From Harriotta raleighana (lineage: Eukaryota), in contig JBNZDD010013724.1 in the NCBI GenBank assembly GCA_050575255.1, positions 9,703,357 through 9,767,356 on the forward strand: 64,000 nucleotides of DNA, in the 5' to 3' direction. Both the position numbers and the translations under genes were made by a program. Numbering within the stretch: position 1 is the stretch's first letter; each line of letters begins with the position of its first letter. This document shows positions 1 through 14,010 of this stretch, piece after piece. The notes below the pieces were generated by a model. The model was not told where the DNA came from. It saw only the letters and a list, made by a program, of their open reading frames with translations, and searched no databases.

Positions 1-289
1 AGCGGGAGAGTTGCATAGAGGGGGTGGAGAGGGGTAGGGCGGGGGGAAAGTGAGAAAGGACAGGATGGGAGTAGCGGGTAGAGGGGTTTGGGAGGGCAGA
101 CATTTGGGAAGGTGGGGGAGGCTCGGGTCGGGGCGGCAGCCAAAATGCGCACGCAGAGAGCCGAGAGCAAGGGATCAGGGGGGCGGCATCATCCTAAAGG
201 ATGTGTGGCCATGGCTAGAGGGTGACTAGCCAAGTCAGCCAATAATGGGCTGAAAATGACCAATTTCCACCATTGTGGGCCCCCTTGGA

Positions 290-430
290 CGGATTATTAT
301 TAGGTGTGTGTGTGTATGTTTATGTGTGTGCAGTAAGGAAACTCTCCCAAAGTTTCGCTCCGACCACCCCCCCCCTCGCCCTGCCCGGGGAATCGAACCC
401 GTGTCCTCCCTCTCTGGCTTTGCGAGGCCA
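290..430 (-). mobile_element. Degenerate tRNA-derived SINE head with an internal (GT)n expansion
   Basis: ggattattattagg..gtaaggaaact..gggaatcgaaccc (a B-box on the minus strand) matches the window's main SINE family. Confidence 0.55.
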
Positions 431-582
431 GAGTTCTTGTTGATGGGCAAAAGCCACTCGTGAGAGAATTTCTTTCTTTCTCTCTCTCTGTCTCTGGCTG
501 AAAGGCAGAGTCTCCGCGCATTTCAAACAGCCCCCTTCCTGACCTGGTCAGTTTGTGTGTACTGTATATCACAGCCTCTCCC

Positions 583-843
583 TTGGCTGGCGGGCCTGGC
601 TGGCCCAGCTGGCTGGTGGCTGGGCTGGGCGGGCCTGGCTGGTGGGTGGGTGGGTGGGCTGGGCTGGCTGGCCTGGCCGGCTGGCGACTGGCCTGGCTGG
701 CTGGCTGGTGGCTGGGTTGGGCTGGGCTGGCTGGCTGGTGGCTGAGCTGGCCTAGCTGGTGGCTGGCCTGGCTGGCGTGGCTGGGCTGGCCTGGCTGGCG
801 TGGCTGGGCTGGGCTGGCTGGCTGGTGGCTGGGCTGGCTGGGC
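583..843. repeat. (GGCT/GGGCT)n degenerate microsatellite
   Basis: Visible tandem repeat. It explains the W/L/A/G-rich and P/Q/A/S-rich ORFs at 300-995. Confidence 0.9.
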
Positions 844-2720
844 TCCTTCAAATATGAGGGAGATGCAATAAAAATTAAATTCTTTGCAAAACAGCAGAGT
901 GACTGACAGTTATCCAGCCTTTGGGAAATAGTTTTGTAAAAATTGTTGCAAAAATAATTAAATGCTGAACTAGAAAAGCCAACATGCTGCTTCAAAGCGC
1001 TCTGAGACGCCGTTCGGCATGGAGGGCGCTATATAAATCCAAGTTGTTGTTGTTAATAAGGAGAAAGTTCAGATGGAGGAAATATGTCATTAGCGGGTGG
1101 CATCCTCACAGATTAAGATACCTGACAATATATTGATAATACACCACGTTTACAGGGTAGGAAAAACATGCAGTGACTTTGAGGCATGGGCAATTACAAA
1201 GGTAACTTTGGAACAAATCACTTAAAAAATATTAACCCAGCTCACAACACAAGGGAAGATCATTGAAACAACTGGAATCACAAACATGAGGAAAAATGAG
1301 TATACTAAAAACAACTGCTAACTTTAAGGTATAGAAGGTTCCCCTGACATGAAAGATACTTTACAAATATAATTTGGTATTGTAGAACAACAATTTAAAA
1401 TATTTTAATATCTGAATGGGGACCTGAGCTGGGAGAGAGACAGAGATGGTTTAGGGTGGAAGGATTTCACAAGAGAGTTCCAAAAAGTGGAAATAAAAAG
1501 TCTGAAAGTTCACTCAACAACAACAAAATTACATCTGTAAAGCACCTTTCACATAAAGAGGACAACAACAACACAATTATATTTGTATAGTGCCTTTCAC
1601 GTCAGGAGGACGTCCCAAGGTACTGGGCAATCATTGTTTCAGACCTGAGCTAAGGACATCCCAATGATGGGGTGGAGATAAAGATTCTGGTTGGGATGAG
1701 GTTGTGGTAGAGGTGGGAGATGATTGGTGATATAACTCTGTAAGGCCTTTATTGGTACCTTTGTCAGACCAGGATGAAAGGTTTGGGGGAAGAGTAGACA
1801 TCTGAGGTGAGAAAGCACAATGGGAGTCAAGCCAGGATAGCTGTACTTCTGTTGACGTTGTTAAGGCTCTACAATAAGTCTGGCAAGCGTTCAGGAAAGC
1901 CCATTAGAATTTCAGCCAATGAAAGGAATGAGAGGAATGTGGATTGTGGGCCGTGAAGGCTTGAGGCTCAGCAGAAATCCAGCACTTTCACTGACTGATC
2001 AAGAGATAAGATGCCTACAGATAGAGATGGTGCAACCAGTCTGGATATGTGAGTTCTGTCAGTGGGCGGATGAATGCTTGCCTGAACCCTGGGTGGGTGG
2101 ATATATGGGTGGTACCTGTCTGGACCATGATTGAGGGGGTCTAGCTGCAAATTGGGTGTTGGAATGAATCAGAAACCACTAATTGCTATATTTACAAAGT
2201 CTTAGAATGATTGCTGATGATTGAGCTTTATGAACTGAAGGGATAGATATAGTATACAGTTCCAGTGTATTCTGTGAAGCACTTTGAGATGTAAAGAAGA
2301 TGTGAAAAGCTCTATATCAAATGCAAGGATTATTATTATTATACACCAAGTAAACCCACACACACAGCTGATAGACTGCCAAGTAGGTGGATCAGAATAT
2401 ATAAACAAATGAAAAAAATGTGGATATTCCATCAAATGAGGATAGTAGATCAGGCAGTGTGGAAGATGTGATAAATGATTATGCTGCTGCAATGGCAGCA
2501 ACCGAGCAAAAGATGAAATTCAAACTAAAGTGGAAAGAACCTCATTGAGTGGTTTTCACTGTACGTATTTGAGACACCGTGAAAGTTTGGAACCTCAGAA
2601 ACATAGAGAATAAGCTATGGAGTAGGTGGAGATATTTCAGAGAATGGGCCATACAAGGTAAGTCATAGCTCTGGTTCCTAGAAGATGCTAAGCAGTTACA
2701 ACACTGTCTGTTTATCAATA

Positions 2721-3270
2721 CAACAACAACAACAACAAGATTGCATTTATAGAGCGAGTTTCATGTCAGGAGGACGTCCCAAGACGCTGGACAGTTGGTT
2801 TAGGATCCGAGCAGGGGGAAATGATCAGGGCGAGGGGAAGGGAGGGAAGAAGTGAGGAGGGGTTAGAGAGTCGAAAGGGGAGCTGAAGGCACGGTCGAAG
2901 AGAAAGGTCTTGAGACCAGCCTTGAAGGAGAAAAGGGAGGAAGTGAGGCGAAGGCACTGGGGGATGGAGTTCCAGAGCCTAGGGGCTGAGCGGCTGAAAG
3001 CCCGGCCGCCGATGGTAGGACGGTTAGGGCAGGGGATGTGGAGCAGACCAGAGCCAGAGGAATGGAGGATACAGGCAGGTAGATAGGGGGATAGTAGGTC
3101 GGAGAGGTAGGAGGGAGCAAGACCGTGAATGGCCTTGTAGGTAAGGATGAGGATCTTGAATTCGATCCTCTGGGGGATGGGGAGCCAGTGGACACGGGCG
3201 AGGGTGGGAGTGATGTGGTCACGAAGTCTGGTGCGGGAGAGTACACGAGCTGCAGAGTTCTGGATGAGAA
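2721..3270 (-). mobile_element. L2-clade LINE 3' fragment
   Basis: ORF 2825..3328 contains HITPTLARVHWLPIPQRIEFKIL...APRLWNS..FKAGLKTFLF, the L2 ORF2 C-terminus, and ends in a (TTG)n tail. Confidence 0.9.
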
Positions 3271-4721
3271 CAATAATAGGTGCAGTGCGTTTTAGTATGA
3301 GAAGAAACTGGTGTTGCTTTATCTGCAAATGACAATTCTGGCTGTAATGTTTTGGCTGGAGTTTGTATTGTGAATTGGTCCTCTATATGAACAGAATACA
3401 AAATACCTCAGGGAGTGTGAGGTCTGTCTCTTACAGGAAAGTGCTAATGGGTTGTTCAATTTTAAGTTCAAACACAGACTGTTAAGTTAGTAATTCTGTA
3501 ATGAGTATTGCTGAGAGAGACTCACTTTTGAATTAACCTTGTACACTGTTCACTGGATGTCTCTAGTCTTCAGACTCAATATTGTTCAATAGCAATAAAC
3601 ATGCCAGTGTGGCTTACTCTGGAGAAGGGGAACTTGAGTTTATTGAGGAATTTGGCTGCATATCAAGCTTTAATTAACTCTCCATTCCAGCAAATATAAC
3701 ATTGAATAGTTTATTCTTACCAGACCTTTAAGCAACTTAAAATATTCACCAATCCGCTAAAATCATGCAGGGGGAGTGATAATCACCTGTTTTGATTTGA
3801 AACAGTGATTTATTTTGATAAGTGTCATTCTAAGAAAAGTAAACATGTTCAAATGAATCTGAAAATTATATCACTTGAGCCTTTTGTGAACATCACTCAT
3901 TACATTGCCTCGCTGTGGACACATCTGTATTAACAATAATAATCCTTGTATTTGAAACAACATTAGTGCTCAGGATGATCGATCACTTACTAAGCAATTT
4001 TGACCTTGATGTTAACGGCAGTGATTCATTCTGAGGTTATACTAAACCTGACTGAAGCTGGAACAGAAAAGCTTTATCAATTACTTTTAATACACGTATC
4101 TCTTTCTCTTCTCTCCTATAAAACTGTTTTCATTTGAAAACTTTGAACATGGTTGCTTTAGAGGAAGAGAGGAATGTGTGGAATGAAAGGGAATGTTTCA
4201 TTACTGGGACCAGGGACATGCAACTTTGAGGAACAAAGACTACTTATCTTTTTACTATAATGCAACAATGCTATTTTAAGACAACTTATTCTACTCAAGT
4301 TGCAAGGTTTCAATAACAGCTTAAAGTGGAATAAGCTTATCAAAAACAGTGTCTTTATTCAAGATTTATATCAAAGGTTGTGTGTCCAATGCTTATCTGA
4401 AGAATCATAGAATAAAGAAGTGTTAACTTGTCCTGCAGAAAACACTAAATTCCAATTGTTTCCCTCTGACTTTGCCACTATTAAACTACAGCTCTGCCTT
4501 ACCAATACATCAACCATAAGAGAAAGAATACTGGGTCAAAGCTTCCTGGGCTCAGATTTTTACAGGGTTGACACAAATTCCACCAGAATGTCATCAGCCA
4601 ATCCATGACAACAACTGAATAGTGGATGGAAAAGAATTGCTGGGATACTAACCTTTACCAGTAGCAAAGTTCATCTTTCGAATAATACAATTTGCAATTC
4701 TATAATGTCCTTCCCATATTA

Positions 4722-4920
4722 ATAATAATAATCCTTGCATTTGATATAGCGCTTTTCACATCTTATCAACGTCCCAAAGCACTTCACAGAATATACTGTA
4801 AAGTGAATTGACTGTATATTTGTGGGCGGAACGCGGCAGCCAATTGCGCACAGCAGTGTCCCACAAACAGTCATGGATTGAAATGACCAATTTTATCATT
4901 GTTTTTTTGAGGGATTATTA
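4722..4920 (-). mobile_element. SINE 3' half (Deu-like core plus L2-like tail)
   Basis: Contains (AAT)n-ccttgcatttgatatagcgct and cggcagccaattgcgcacagc. Confidence 0.8.
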
Positions 4921-5104
4921 GAATTTTAGAATAAGATAATGTCTCCGAGGCATCACAATGATGGGGTTGGACATTTTGAACAGTTATTCATTTAGGCAGA
5001 GTTCCATTGACAACTACCAGCCTCTAACATCTCACCCAATTGCCCCCCATTGAACAACATTCTGAAGCTGTTAAGAGGTGAATTCCTGGGATTGTGACCA
5101 ATAT

Positions 5105-5490
5105 GGTGAGACCAGTGAGGTGGCAGTAGCCTGACTTAGTTGAAAGCAATTCTGAATCATTTGTGGTTCATGCCACATGTCAGAGCTTTAGTCTAAGTTC
5201 ACACCTCAATCCAGACCTGGGGTTGGTGCCTTGTTGGAGATGTTGTCCTTGGAAGAGATGTTAAAACAAGGTTTTGTCTGGCTGTTCAAGATGTGATGTC
5301 TTTTCTCAAAAAGAAGAAGGCAGTGTCCTGGCCAATAATCCCCTAGATAAGTAAATGGTCATTCACTTTATAATTGCTATATCCAATTTAGTTGCCACAT
5401 TTGCTCACAATATGCACAGCCACTTCACCATCCTGTGAAGTACATTGGGATGTCCTCCTGACATGAAAGGAGCTATATTAAATGGAAGTT
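5105..5490 (+). mobile_element. Old DeuSINE (SacSINE1/AmnSINE1-like)
   Basis: ttggagatgttgtcctt..gagatgttaaaacaagg..tgtctg resembles the Deu-domain consensus; L2-like tail at 5435-5490. Confidence 0.5.
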
Positions 5491-6289
5491 TTTTTATCCC
5501 AGCTGTACCAATCAATGTGAATAAATGAAAATTGATCTACTTTGGAGTATGCCCAATCTCACTGTTCAATCTCACTGATGTTTTGGATAGACTGAATATG
5601 AATATCCTCCTTCTGTATAGTAGGAGGAGATCCTAAAGTGCCAATGTTTGTAGTGGTTGAAATGGACCTAAATCAATTTCAGCAGGGTTTTAGTTAAATT
5701 ATTTCCAGTCATGAGAGCAATGATTCAAATCCGATTCACGACATAACTAGGCAGCAAATTGCATCTAGTTATACTCTGATACATCAATTTGCATTAAATT
5801 GAAGACACCATAGATTTGTAGAAAATTCTTAAATTCATTCTTAATTTGGATGGTTCCATTCAATACTGTGGAAAGCTATCATGCAGATTAAGAGTGAATT
5901 TAAGAATTTTTCACAATTCTACCTGACGAAATTTAAAAACAAATGAATCTCATCCTTTAAAAATAAGAGTAAGTGGAGTATTGAACCTATTGTCTTAAAA
6001 TTAAGAATACAAATTCATATAAAGAGGTAAAAGACTGCATCTGATCTGGAATAAAGGTTTCAGTTATTCCGCTAACCAAAGAAAGTTTGCATTTGAATTT
6101 TGATTTTCCATAAATCAAGGGATGTTTAGTCTCGGATTTAGTCGGGAGCTATTGGCGTCTTCACCCATGCACATGCGCGTGGGGGCCAGCCATCGTGTAT
6201 ACGCAAGCTGCACAAAAAGTGATGCTTTTGTTTCGTCGCATATATTTGAATTCGCAATCGATAAAGTTGCGTTTGACGAGGGTTAACTG

Positions 6290-6520
6290 TACACTGTAAA
6301 GCAAATTCACTGTATATTTGTGGGTGAAATGCGGCAGCCAATTGCGCACAGCAGTGTCCCACAAACACTCATAGATTGAAGTGACCAATTTTTTTTGAGG
6401 GATTATTATCAGGCGTGTGGAGTAAGGAAACTTGCCCAAGGTTTTGTTCTGCCTGGAATCAATCCCATGTCTCTCACTTGCAAGACAAGTGCTCTAACCA
6501 CAGAGCTTCAGGACTCCACA
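6290..6520 (-). mobile_element. tRNA-derived Deu-domain SINE, tail truncated
   Basis: Head gtggagtcctgaagctctgtggttagagc on the minus strand, plus the gctgtgcgcaattggctgccgc core. Confidence 0.85.
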
Positions 6521-6658
6521 ATTTGACTGAAGGAGGCAATGGAAGAGGCTCTGGGATGGAGTTCTAGAGGGTGAAGGCTGAAAAGCTGAAGGCCCAACTG
6601 CCGATAATGGAGCAGGAAGCAGTGTGGAGGATGTGAAACAAACCATTACCTGCAGAGT

Positions 6659-6822
6659 GTGTCTGAATGATTATAAAAGGACCACAGTATCATGATCAAA
6701 TTGAAATATGTTTGCCCCAGCAGTATTTCAAAGAAACAATTAGAAAAATATACCATGGAATAAATTATAAAATATTTCAATTTGATCATGACACTGTGGT
6801 CCTTTTATAAACATTCAGACAC
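6659..6822. repeat. 51-bp inverted repeat with a 62-bp spacer (foldback/MITE-like)
   Basis: 6659-6709 matches the reverse complement of 6772-6822 at 49 of 51 positions. Confidence 0.85.
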
Positions 6823-7749
6823 GGCAAAACTGGTATAGAGCGGCTGCAGTAGAACTTGCATAGAATTAAGGTTTACAGTACAGGAGTTGGATAGTTCATC
6901 CATTGACATAGTACACAAGTGATTTAGACCTCAAAGTTAGTTTAATCCTACTTATAAGGTACGTTTCCAAGAGTATTCCCGATCAGCCTGTGAGGTATTT
7001 CATTTGTCGCTAGCTGTGTTGTTGCTACCTTTCTCACTGGGGAACTATCTACTGTAATCCCATTCTGCTGCTCTATTCACAATTGTGTTTTCTTCCTGTT
7101 AGGGACTCTGCTTTAGCAGCCATCTGGAGAAAAGCATTCCATTTTCTAACAACCCTCTGGGTAAAAATAGTTTTTTTTTCTAACTTCCCCTCTTTTTGTG
7201 CTTGTTCGGAAAAGTATAAAAGCTGACGCAAACCCGACAACAAACATTAATCACCCACTGCTCGCTCCTCAAAGCTGCTTTGCAAGCATCTCTGCTCTCT
7301 GAATACTTGAGCAAAAAAGAATCCCCATAAAAAATATTTTACAACTGTCCTGATGGAAGCACCAGATTGAGGTGTTTTCATCAGCACAGCCATAAAGCAG
7401 ATGGATACTGCATCTGCTCCAGAAATAACTTGTGAAATTGTATGTTCTGATATGTGAAAAAAATTGTGAAATTTAGCCAAAGGTCTTGTTGCCTAAAATG
7501 AGTTCAAAAGTAGTTGCTAGATTCACTGACCCAGGGGGAAGGGGAGAGGGCTATTCACCTTGATGCCAGTTGTAACTGGCTGCTTCTGACCATATTCTTG
7601 TTTGATGTGAAAACATTACGTGTTGCATTTCAAGAGTATTTACGTGTAAATTTGGAAGGAAAACAGAAAGAACAGAAAGCTCCTTCACTAAAATTAAAAG
7701 ACTATTTTGTTCAAAATATTGACATTTAGAACAAACACTTGTAGGATAT

Positions 7750-8068
7750 AATAATAATTAACCTTGCATTTGATATACATGTCAAGGCTTTTCACATCTT
7801 CAGGAATCTCAAATCACTTCCAAGAATATACTGTAAAGTGAACTGACTGAATGTAGCTGGGCGAAACACGGCAGCCAATTGCGCATAGCGGTATACCACA
7901 AACAGTTGTGGATTGAAAAGGCCAATTTATGATTGTTTATTTTCTGAGGCATTGTTATTAGGCATGTGGAGTAAAGTAACTTGCTCGAGGTTTTGCCGTG
8001 CCTGGAATCGAACACAGGTCTCTCACTTGTAAGGCAAGCTCTCTAACCACTGAGCTACAGGATTCCGA
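7750..8068 (-). mobile_element. Full-length tRNA-derived Deu-domain SINE
   Basis: A-box (tagctcagtgg) and B-box (gttcgattcc) head, core, and tail ending tgcaagg-(TTA)n. Confidence 0.9.
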
Positions 8069-8981
8069 GGGTATTCAGGAAAAATGTAGCTGACTGTCTC
8101 TAGTGCTAATTTTTAGTCAAGGTTTAATTTAAATTATTTCGGAACAAGATTCCTTCATAAGCAATCCTCATCTTACAAATGGGGATTTTGTCATAACCAG
8201 AAAAGCATCACACCAACCTATGGGGACTCTAAATACAATCTCTTTCTGGAGCATCATTCCTCCAAGTCTATAGGAATTTTAGTACTAGTAAGAAATTAAT
8301 CCCCATTGTGTGCTTCTTTGAATCAAAATATATATGTTAACTGGATTAATTTATTGCACATTTCTAAAGTAGGGTAGGTTGATACTGTGGAGGAATCTTA
8401 AACTCAATCCTTTAAAACATGCTGAGAACAGCAACGTGTATTTATATAGCGCCCTTCACACAGGAAGAAAAGGAATACAGAATAGAGGGACTTTTTCCCA
8501 GTGTGCTGGCCAACAATTGATCATATACTTCATGACTGTTCTTGACAGATTGCCGAGGAAAATTGACTACCTCTTTCACCCATAAAATACCCAGGCATAC
8601 ATTTACAGTAAATTCTGTGACGTGCTTTCCCAATGTAAAAGATCCTGTATCAAATGCAAGGATTAGTATTTTTTTATTAGAATATTTTATTAAAATTATT
8701 ACTGATACCAACTAGGTGAGAATAGGAGTAAAAAACATGCTGAGCATTTTGTACATGAGAGATCTCAGGCTGTAGAGTTTACCCATATCTAATGTGTGGG
8801 GTGGTGAAAGGGTGGTTGATGTGGATTCATTTAGATTTTTCCCATTGAATGTGAATTAAACCTGTAGGACAATAACATCTGAGATTTTAAAAATACAGTA
8901 GTTCCAAACCACTGGAAGTGAGCCACTATATCTCGGTGATTGCAGCGCTATACCATACACAGGCAGAAAAGAATAAAAGTG

Positions 8982-9292
8982 ATAATCCTTGCATTTTTAG
9001 TGCTTTTCACATCTTCTAGATGTCTTAAAGCGCTTCAAAGTATATACTGTAAAGTGAATTGACTGTATATTAATGGGTGAAAAGCAGAAGCCAATTGCGT
9101 ACAGCAGACTGCCACAAACAGTCGTGGATTGACATGACAAAATTATTATTGTGGTTTTTTTTGGAGGGATTATTATTAGGCGTGTGGAGTAAGGAAACCT
9201 GCCCAAGGTTTCGACCTGATCTACCAGGATTCAAACACAGATCTTATGCTTGTAAGGTGAGTGCTCTAACCACTGAGCTACAGGACTCCACA
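8982..9292 (-). mobile_element. Full-length tRNA-derived SINE (same family)
   Basis: Same head, core and tail as 7750-8068. Confidence 0.9.
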
Positions 9293-10882
9293 GTGAAGGT
9301 GATTGAGTGAAAGAATCAAAGATGCAAAGCATAGAAATAACTGGATGGATACACTTGCTGGTATTAGTGTGTTACCGGTCTCGATCAAGCAGGAATTTCA
9401 GACCCATGGACATTGTAGGTGAGGAGGAATTAAGAATTGCCATTGTATTAAATAGCTGATGTTGGTTTAATTCCAAATAACTGAAAAAGTACATACATTT
9501 TTATAGCATCTTATCACATGCGGATTGATAATTTTATTTATAATAGTAACAGTCCCTCAGCCCCACATTGAAGTATCAGCCAAAAGATTGCGACATTGGG
9601 GCTTGAACCCACAATCTTCTGTCTCAGCATTTGGCTCACCAGATGACACCAACTTGACGAATATGCTGACAAATTGAGTGACTATCTTAACTGGATGCAG
9701 GATTATTTCCTGCACTTCACTGCAAATTATTGTGTGAAAATTAAATTGATTTACACAGCACCTTCATTTAATTGTATGATACAGAGGCTGCCAATAATCC
9801 AGTGAAACAAACTACATTGCAATGTCTGAATCTAGCCTGTCGCTTATGTAATCCTTTGAAGAATTATTCGTGCAGCGGTATTCATGCAGTTCTGAGCATG
9901 AACAGAATATACGAAGCACCCATTTATTGGAGTAATTGGAACATGAGTATTTGACTTGTGACTATGAACAGAATGTAAGAAAGCTACCATAAATTGAGGA
10001 TAAGCATCTTTTTTTTAAAAAGGAAAGTTTTCCTGTAATTTTATGAAGGCTTTGCAGGATGAGCTTGTATTTGATTGATGCACTATCTTACATGAAATAA
10101 ACTCCAGCAAAGAATTTGGTGCAATTGAGATCTGAAGATCAAATCACAACATGTAAAAAAATGTGGCTGTTTAATTTGTAACCAACATTTATACAAACAA
10201 CTGTTCCATGTGAGTACTGTAGGTACATTCACAGGAATAGGAGACAAATCAGCCATTTGTCTCATACCATAAACCGTATGAAGCATTTAAATGTAATGCA
10301 ATGAAGGGAGAAGTAGTATTTCTTATTTACAAATGAATAATGTCTCTGCAGTCTTTTCATTATTTTCTTTAAAAACCTAAGAGCAATAGAAGATGAAGGA
10401 AGTGTCCAAACCCATTTTAGTTTTTCGCCTTTAGAGGGCACCAACGTCTCTTTAATTCCACGAGGCTTATTTGGGTTTTAACCATGTAAGATCAGACCAA
10501 AATAGTTTTGTGATGGCATCAAAAATATTACGGAAATTTAAAAAAAGCATTGACTAAGAAGTGTTCTGTGAGCCAATTCATTAATTTTAATTAGTAATGC
10601 CGTTTCTACGAATGGTGAACAAATTTTTAAATTCAAATGGAATGAATTTACATTGCACTTCGTAAAACCAATGCGTTTTATCAGAAATTGCCCAACTTAT
10701 TTCTGACCTCTGCATCTGCTATGTACATCTGTTTTGAATTATGCCACTAAAAACGGAAGGGGACTAATCTAATGTGAAACCCAGGTCACTGACCAGTAAA
10801 TCAGTATTATTTTCGTTCAGGCAGTGCATCTGTAGTGAGCGCAAAGGCACACACAAAGGTATGTAGTATGTATGATGTATTG

Positions 10883-11378
10883 GCTTCATGACCACATCAC
10901 TCCCACCCTTGCCCGTCTCCACTGGCTCCCCATCCCCCAGAGGATCGAATTCAAGATCCTCATCCTTACCTACAAGGCCATTCACAACCTTGCTCCCTCC
11001 TACCTCTTCGACCTACTATCCCCCTATCTACCTGCCCATACCCTCCGTTCCTCTAGCTCTGGTCTGCTCCACATCCCCTGGCCTAACCGTCCTTCCATTG
11101 GTGGCCGGGCTTTCAGCCGCTCAGCCCCTAGGCTCTGGAAATCCATCCCCCAGTGCCTTCGCCTCGCTTCCTCCCTTTCCTCTTTCAACACCGGTCTCAA
11201 GACCTTTCTCTTCGACCATGCCTTCAGCTCCCCTCTTGACTCTCTACCCCCTCCTCGCTCCCACCCTCCCCTCGCCCTGCACATTTCCCCCTGCTCGGGT
11301 CCTAAACCAACTGTCCAGTGCCTTGGGACGTCCTCCTGATGTGAAACGCGCTCTATAAATGCAATCTTGTTGTTGTTG
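10883..11378 (+). mobile_element. L2-clade LINE 3' fragment
   Basis: ORF 10872..11339 is nearly identical to that of 2721-3270; (TTG)n tail. Confidence 0.9.
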
Positions 11379-11849
11379 AATCCTCCATTGATTGTGAGAG
11401 GTTTGATTTTTTTTTACTTATCTGAACCACTAGGAAACCACTGTTTTTGGGGGAGAAAAATTTAGATAAAATATATTGTCTGCAGAGCAAAGCATCTGTC
11501 TGTTTTCACCTTCATATCCCTCTGAAATTTTGTCTGGTTCACTTGAATGCAATTATAGTCTTGCAATCTTTATTTAGTGCTGCTTTGACCGGAAAAATCA
11601 AACAGAGCGACGTTTCTTGAGATATCAGTTCCTTTGGTAACAAACTCTTAACAAATCACATTTCGGTCATTATATGAAAGTCAAGATGTTTGGGGTCGGA
11701 AATGTCAGGTAATTTGGACCAAGAGTGCAAATTTAGGTTGCCATGGTCAAGGACTTAGAATCTGGCAATGAATCCAAACTCATATGGGTTGATTAGTAAA
11801 ACTACATTGGAGGACCGAGAGTGTCAATAAACAGAATTCTGCGTTACAC

Positions 11850-12300
11850 TGTTAGATCAGTTGAAGGTCATTCTCAAGCTGTATAGTGCCCTAGTCTAGA
11901 CATAGCTGGATTACTCCATACGGTTATGGTTACCACAAATTAAGGAGACCATTCAGGCTCCAGAGGCAATAGTGACAAAAGCAATGAGGCTCATACCTAA
12001 TACTGGAAGTGGTGAGTTTTGAAAAAAAAGCTAGGATTTTCCTCTTCAGCCTTGACAGAGATACTCCAGAGGAGATCTAGTAGAAATGTGCAAGAAAGAA
12101 AACCCAGATTAATACAGGAGGGCATGGGTTCAGGGTTGTGAAAGGCATGTCTAAAATTTAGACTCTGAGAAGTAACTTCTTTACAGAAAGGGTAATCCCA
12201 AACTGGAGCAGGATGTTTGAAGCCAGGACTCATTAATGAAGATGGCAGAGATGGTCTTCTGGGAGGATTATGTCTTCATGTGAACCTCTCCTGTGATTTT
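11850..12300 (+). mobile_element. Highly degraded CR1-like LINE 3' fragment
   Basis: ctgtatagtgccctagtc (LYSALV) and cagaggagatctagtagaa (RGDL.E) remnants. Confidence 0.4.
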
Positions 12301-13665
12301 GTCCATTTATCTTAGAATAATTATTGAACAGTTTCACCGAGGCTACATAACATCAGCAATAAGTAGCAACACTAACTTGCATTTATATAACCATGAATAG
12401 CACGAATAGCTTGGAGTGCTTAATAACAATGTGGAGTGCGGAGCTGGAAAGAAAGGAAAGGTGACCAAAGGCGTGGTCAAAGTTGAAAGTCTTCAGTTGT
12501 GATTTAAAGATAGGGAAAGAGAAGCAATTCTATGTTGTAATATTGCTGACAAACATGATTAATAACCTCCATGAATTTGAAATAGATATTAATTGCACTC
12601 TGTATAATTGCATGGAGTTGGGACTGGACAAATGCCATACAATTATAAGTCGCTCTCTGCACTGTCTCTCTTCATACGATGCACTCTGGCTGTCTTCCTG
12701 TGCTCTCTGTACTTCCTCTCTGAAATACCTCAGGTGGGGTTCCTACACGTGCAGTCCTATAGAGTACTCACCTCTCAAACAAGAGGAACTGTGTTCGAAT
12801 CCTTGTCAGGGAGTTTCCTTACTCCACACACATACCTGTTTACCTAGCAGTAAGTAGAACCTGCTTATTAGCTGATTAGTGGAACATTTTTCTGGGGCTA
12901 ATAATCCCTTAAAACTCACCTGGCAGGATTTATAGAGGGAGTTCCAGTACGTCAAGATGAAGTTTCTGTCTTGGTGGGATTACAATTTGAAAAATGCCGG
13001 TAAATGCTGGTAATTATTTGATTCCCACCAGCAGAAGATAACGAACAAGTAATAGCACACAATCTGTGTGAAAGTCGACAATCTTAGCCACCATGAAAGC
13101 CAGGAAGGACGTAGAGAGTTGGTGCACTCCAGGAGAATGGATGGCAGGAGTCTACTACACCTGTGCTGGCTCTTGTAAATGTTTTTTAAATAGTTTTGTT
13201 GTTGTTGGGCCCAGTCCAGCCAGTGGGTTTACTGTTTGCAATTATCTATATGCGTTTAAGCAATACCATACAAATACATTTTCAGTACCTAGAAATTGCT
13301 ATCCAATTAAATGGAGTATGCAATTTACCCAATATATAATTCAGCGTAGTGCCCTATATAAATCAGATACCTTCTTGCCTACTTAATTATAAATGCATCC
13401 TGATTCTTCACAGTTGCTTATATGCTACTAATCATTGTGGTGAAGATATAATAACCCATATATTTGATATAGCACCCTTCACATCAGGAAGTCTAGAAAG
13501 GGGCAGACTGTAAAGTGGAATGACTGTGTTTTATGGGCGATATGAAAAGGAAAATATAGAAAATGAGTGTATGCACAGATGAGCACATTGATATTCTAAA
13601 AAGAATAACATAGTGTTCATAAGAGATTAGTCAACCAATATCAAAGCAGCAAACTTGACTGCTTA

Positions 13666-14010
13666 CCATATATCGTGGCGTATAAGTCGACTTTTTAACC
13701 TTTAAAAAATTTCCAAAAAATTGGGGTCGACTTATACCCCGGGTGTAAAATGTGAACCCTAAACTCCACCTAAAATTCAAGGTGAATAACATCTAAGTTG
13801 CCGGGCTTGCTCACTGACAAGTTGGTACATCACAACTGTCCAGTTGATGAGTTTAATAATAGGGTAAACTGAAAGGGTTAAAGTTATCACATCCCTTATG
13901 ACTTGTGCGTCAACAGACCCGACCAAAACAGCTTTGTTGTTACTTTGTGAGAACACTGCTGTTGGTCCTTTGAGGGGCAATAATTTATGGTTGACTTATG
14001 ACAGGTGTAA
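13666..14010 (+). mobile_element. Left end of a Tc1/mariner-superfamily (Tc2/pogo-like) element
   Basis: TA|CCATATATCGTGGCGTATAAGTCGAC followed by an inverted GTCGACTTATA. No right end found. Confidence 0.5.

Noticed and set aside
300-995. 231-aa P/Q/A/S-rich ORF and the opposite-strand W/L/G-rich ORFs
   Set aside because: They are translations of the (GGCT)n microsatellite. There is no regular Gly-X-Y pattern, so this is not a C1QTNF7 collagen exon.
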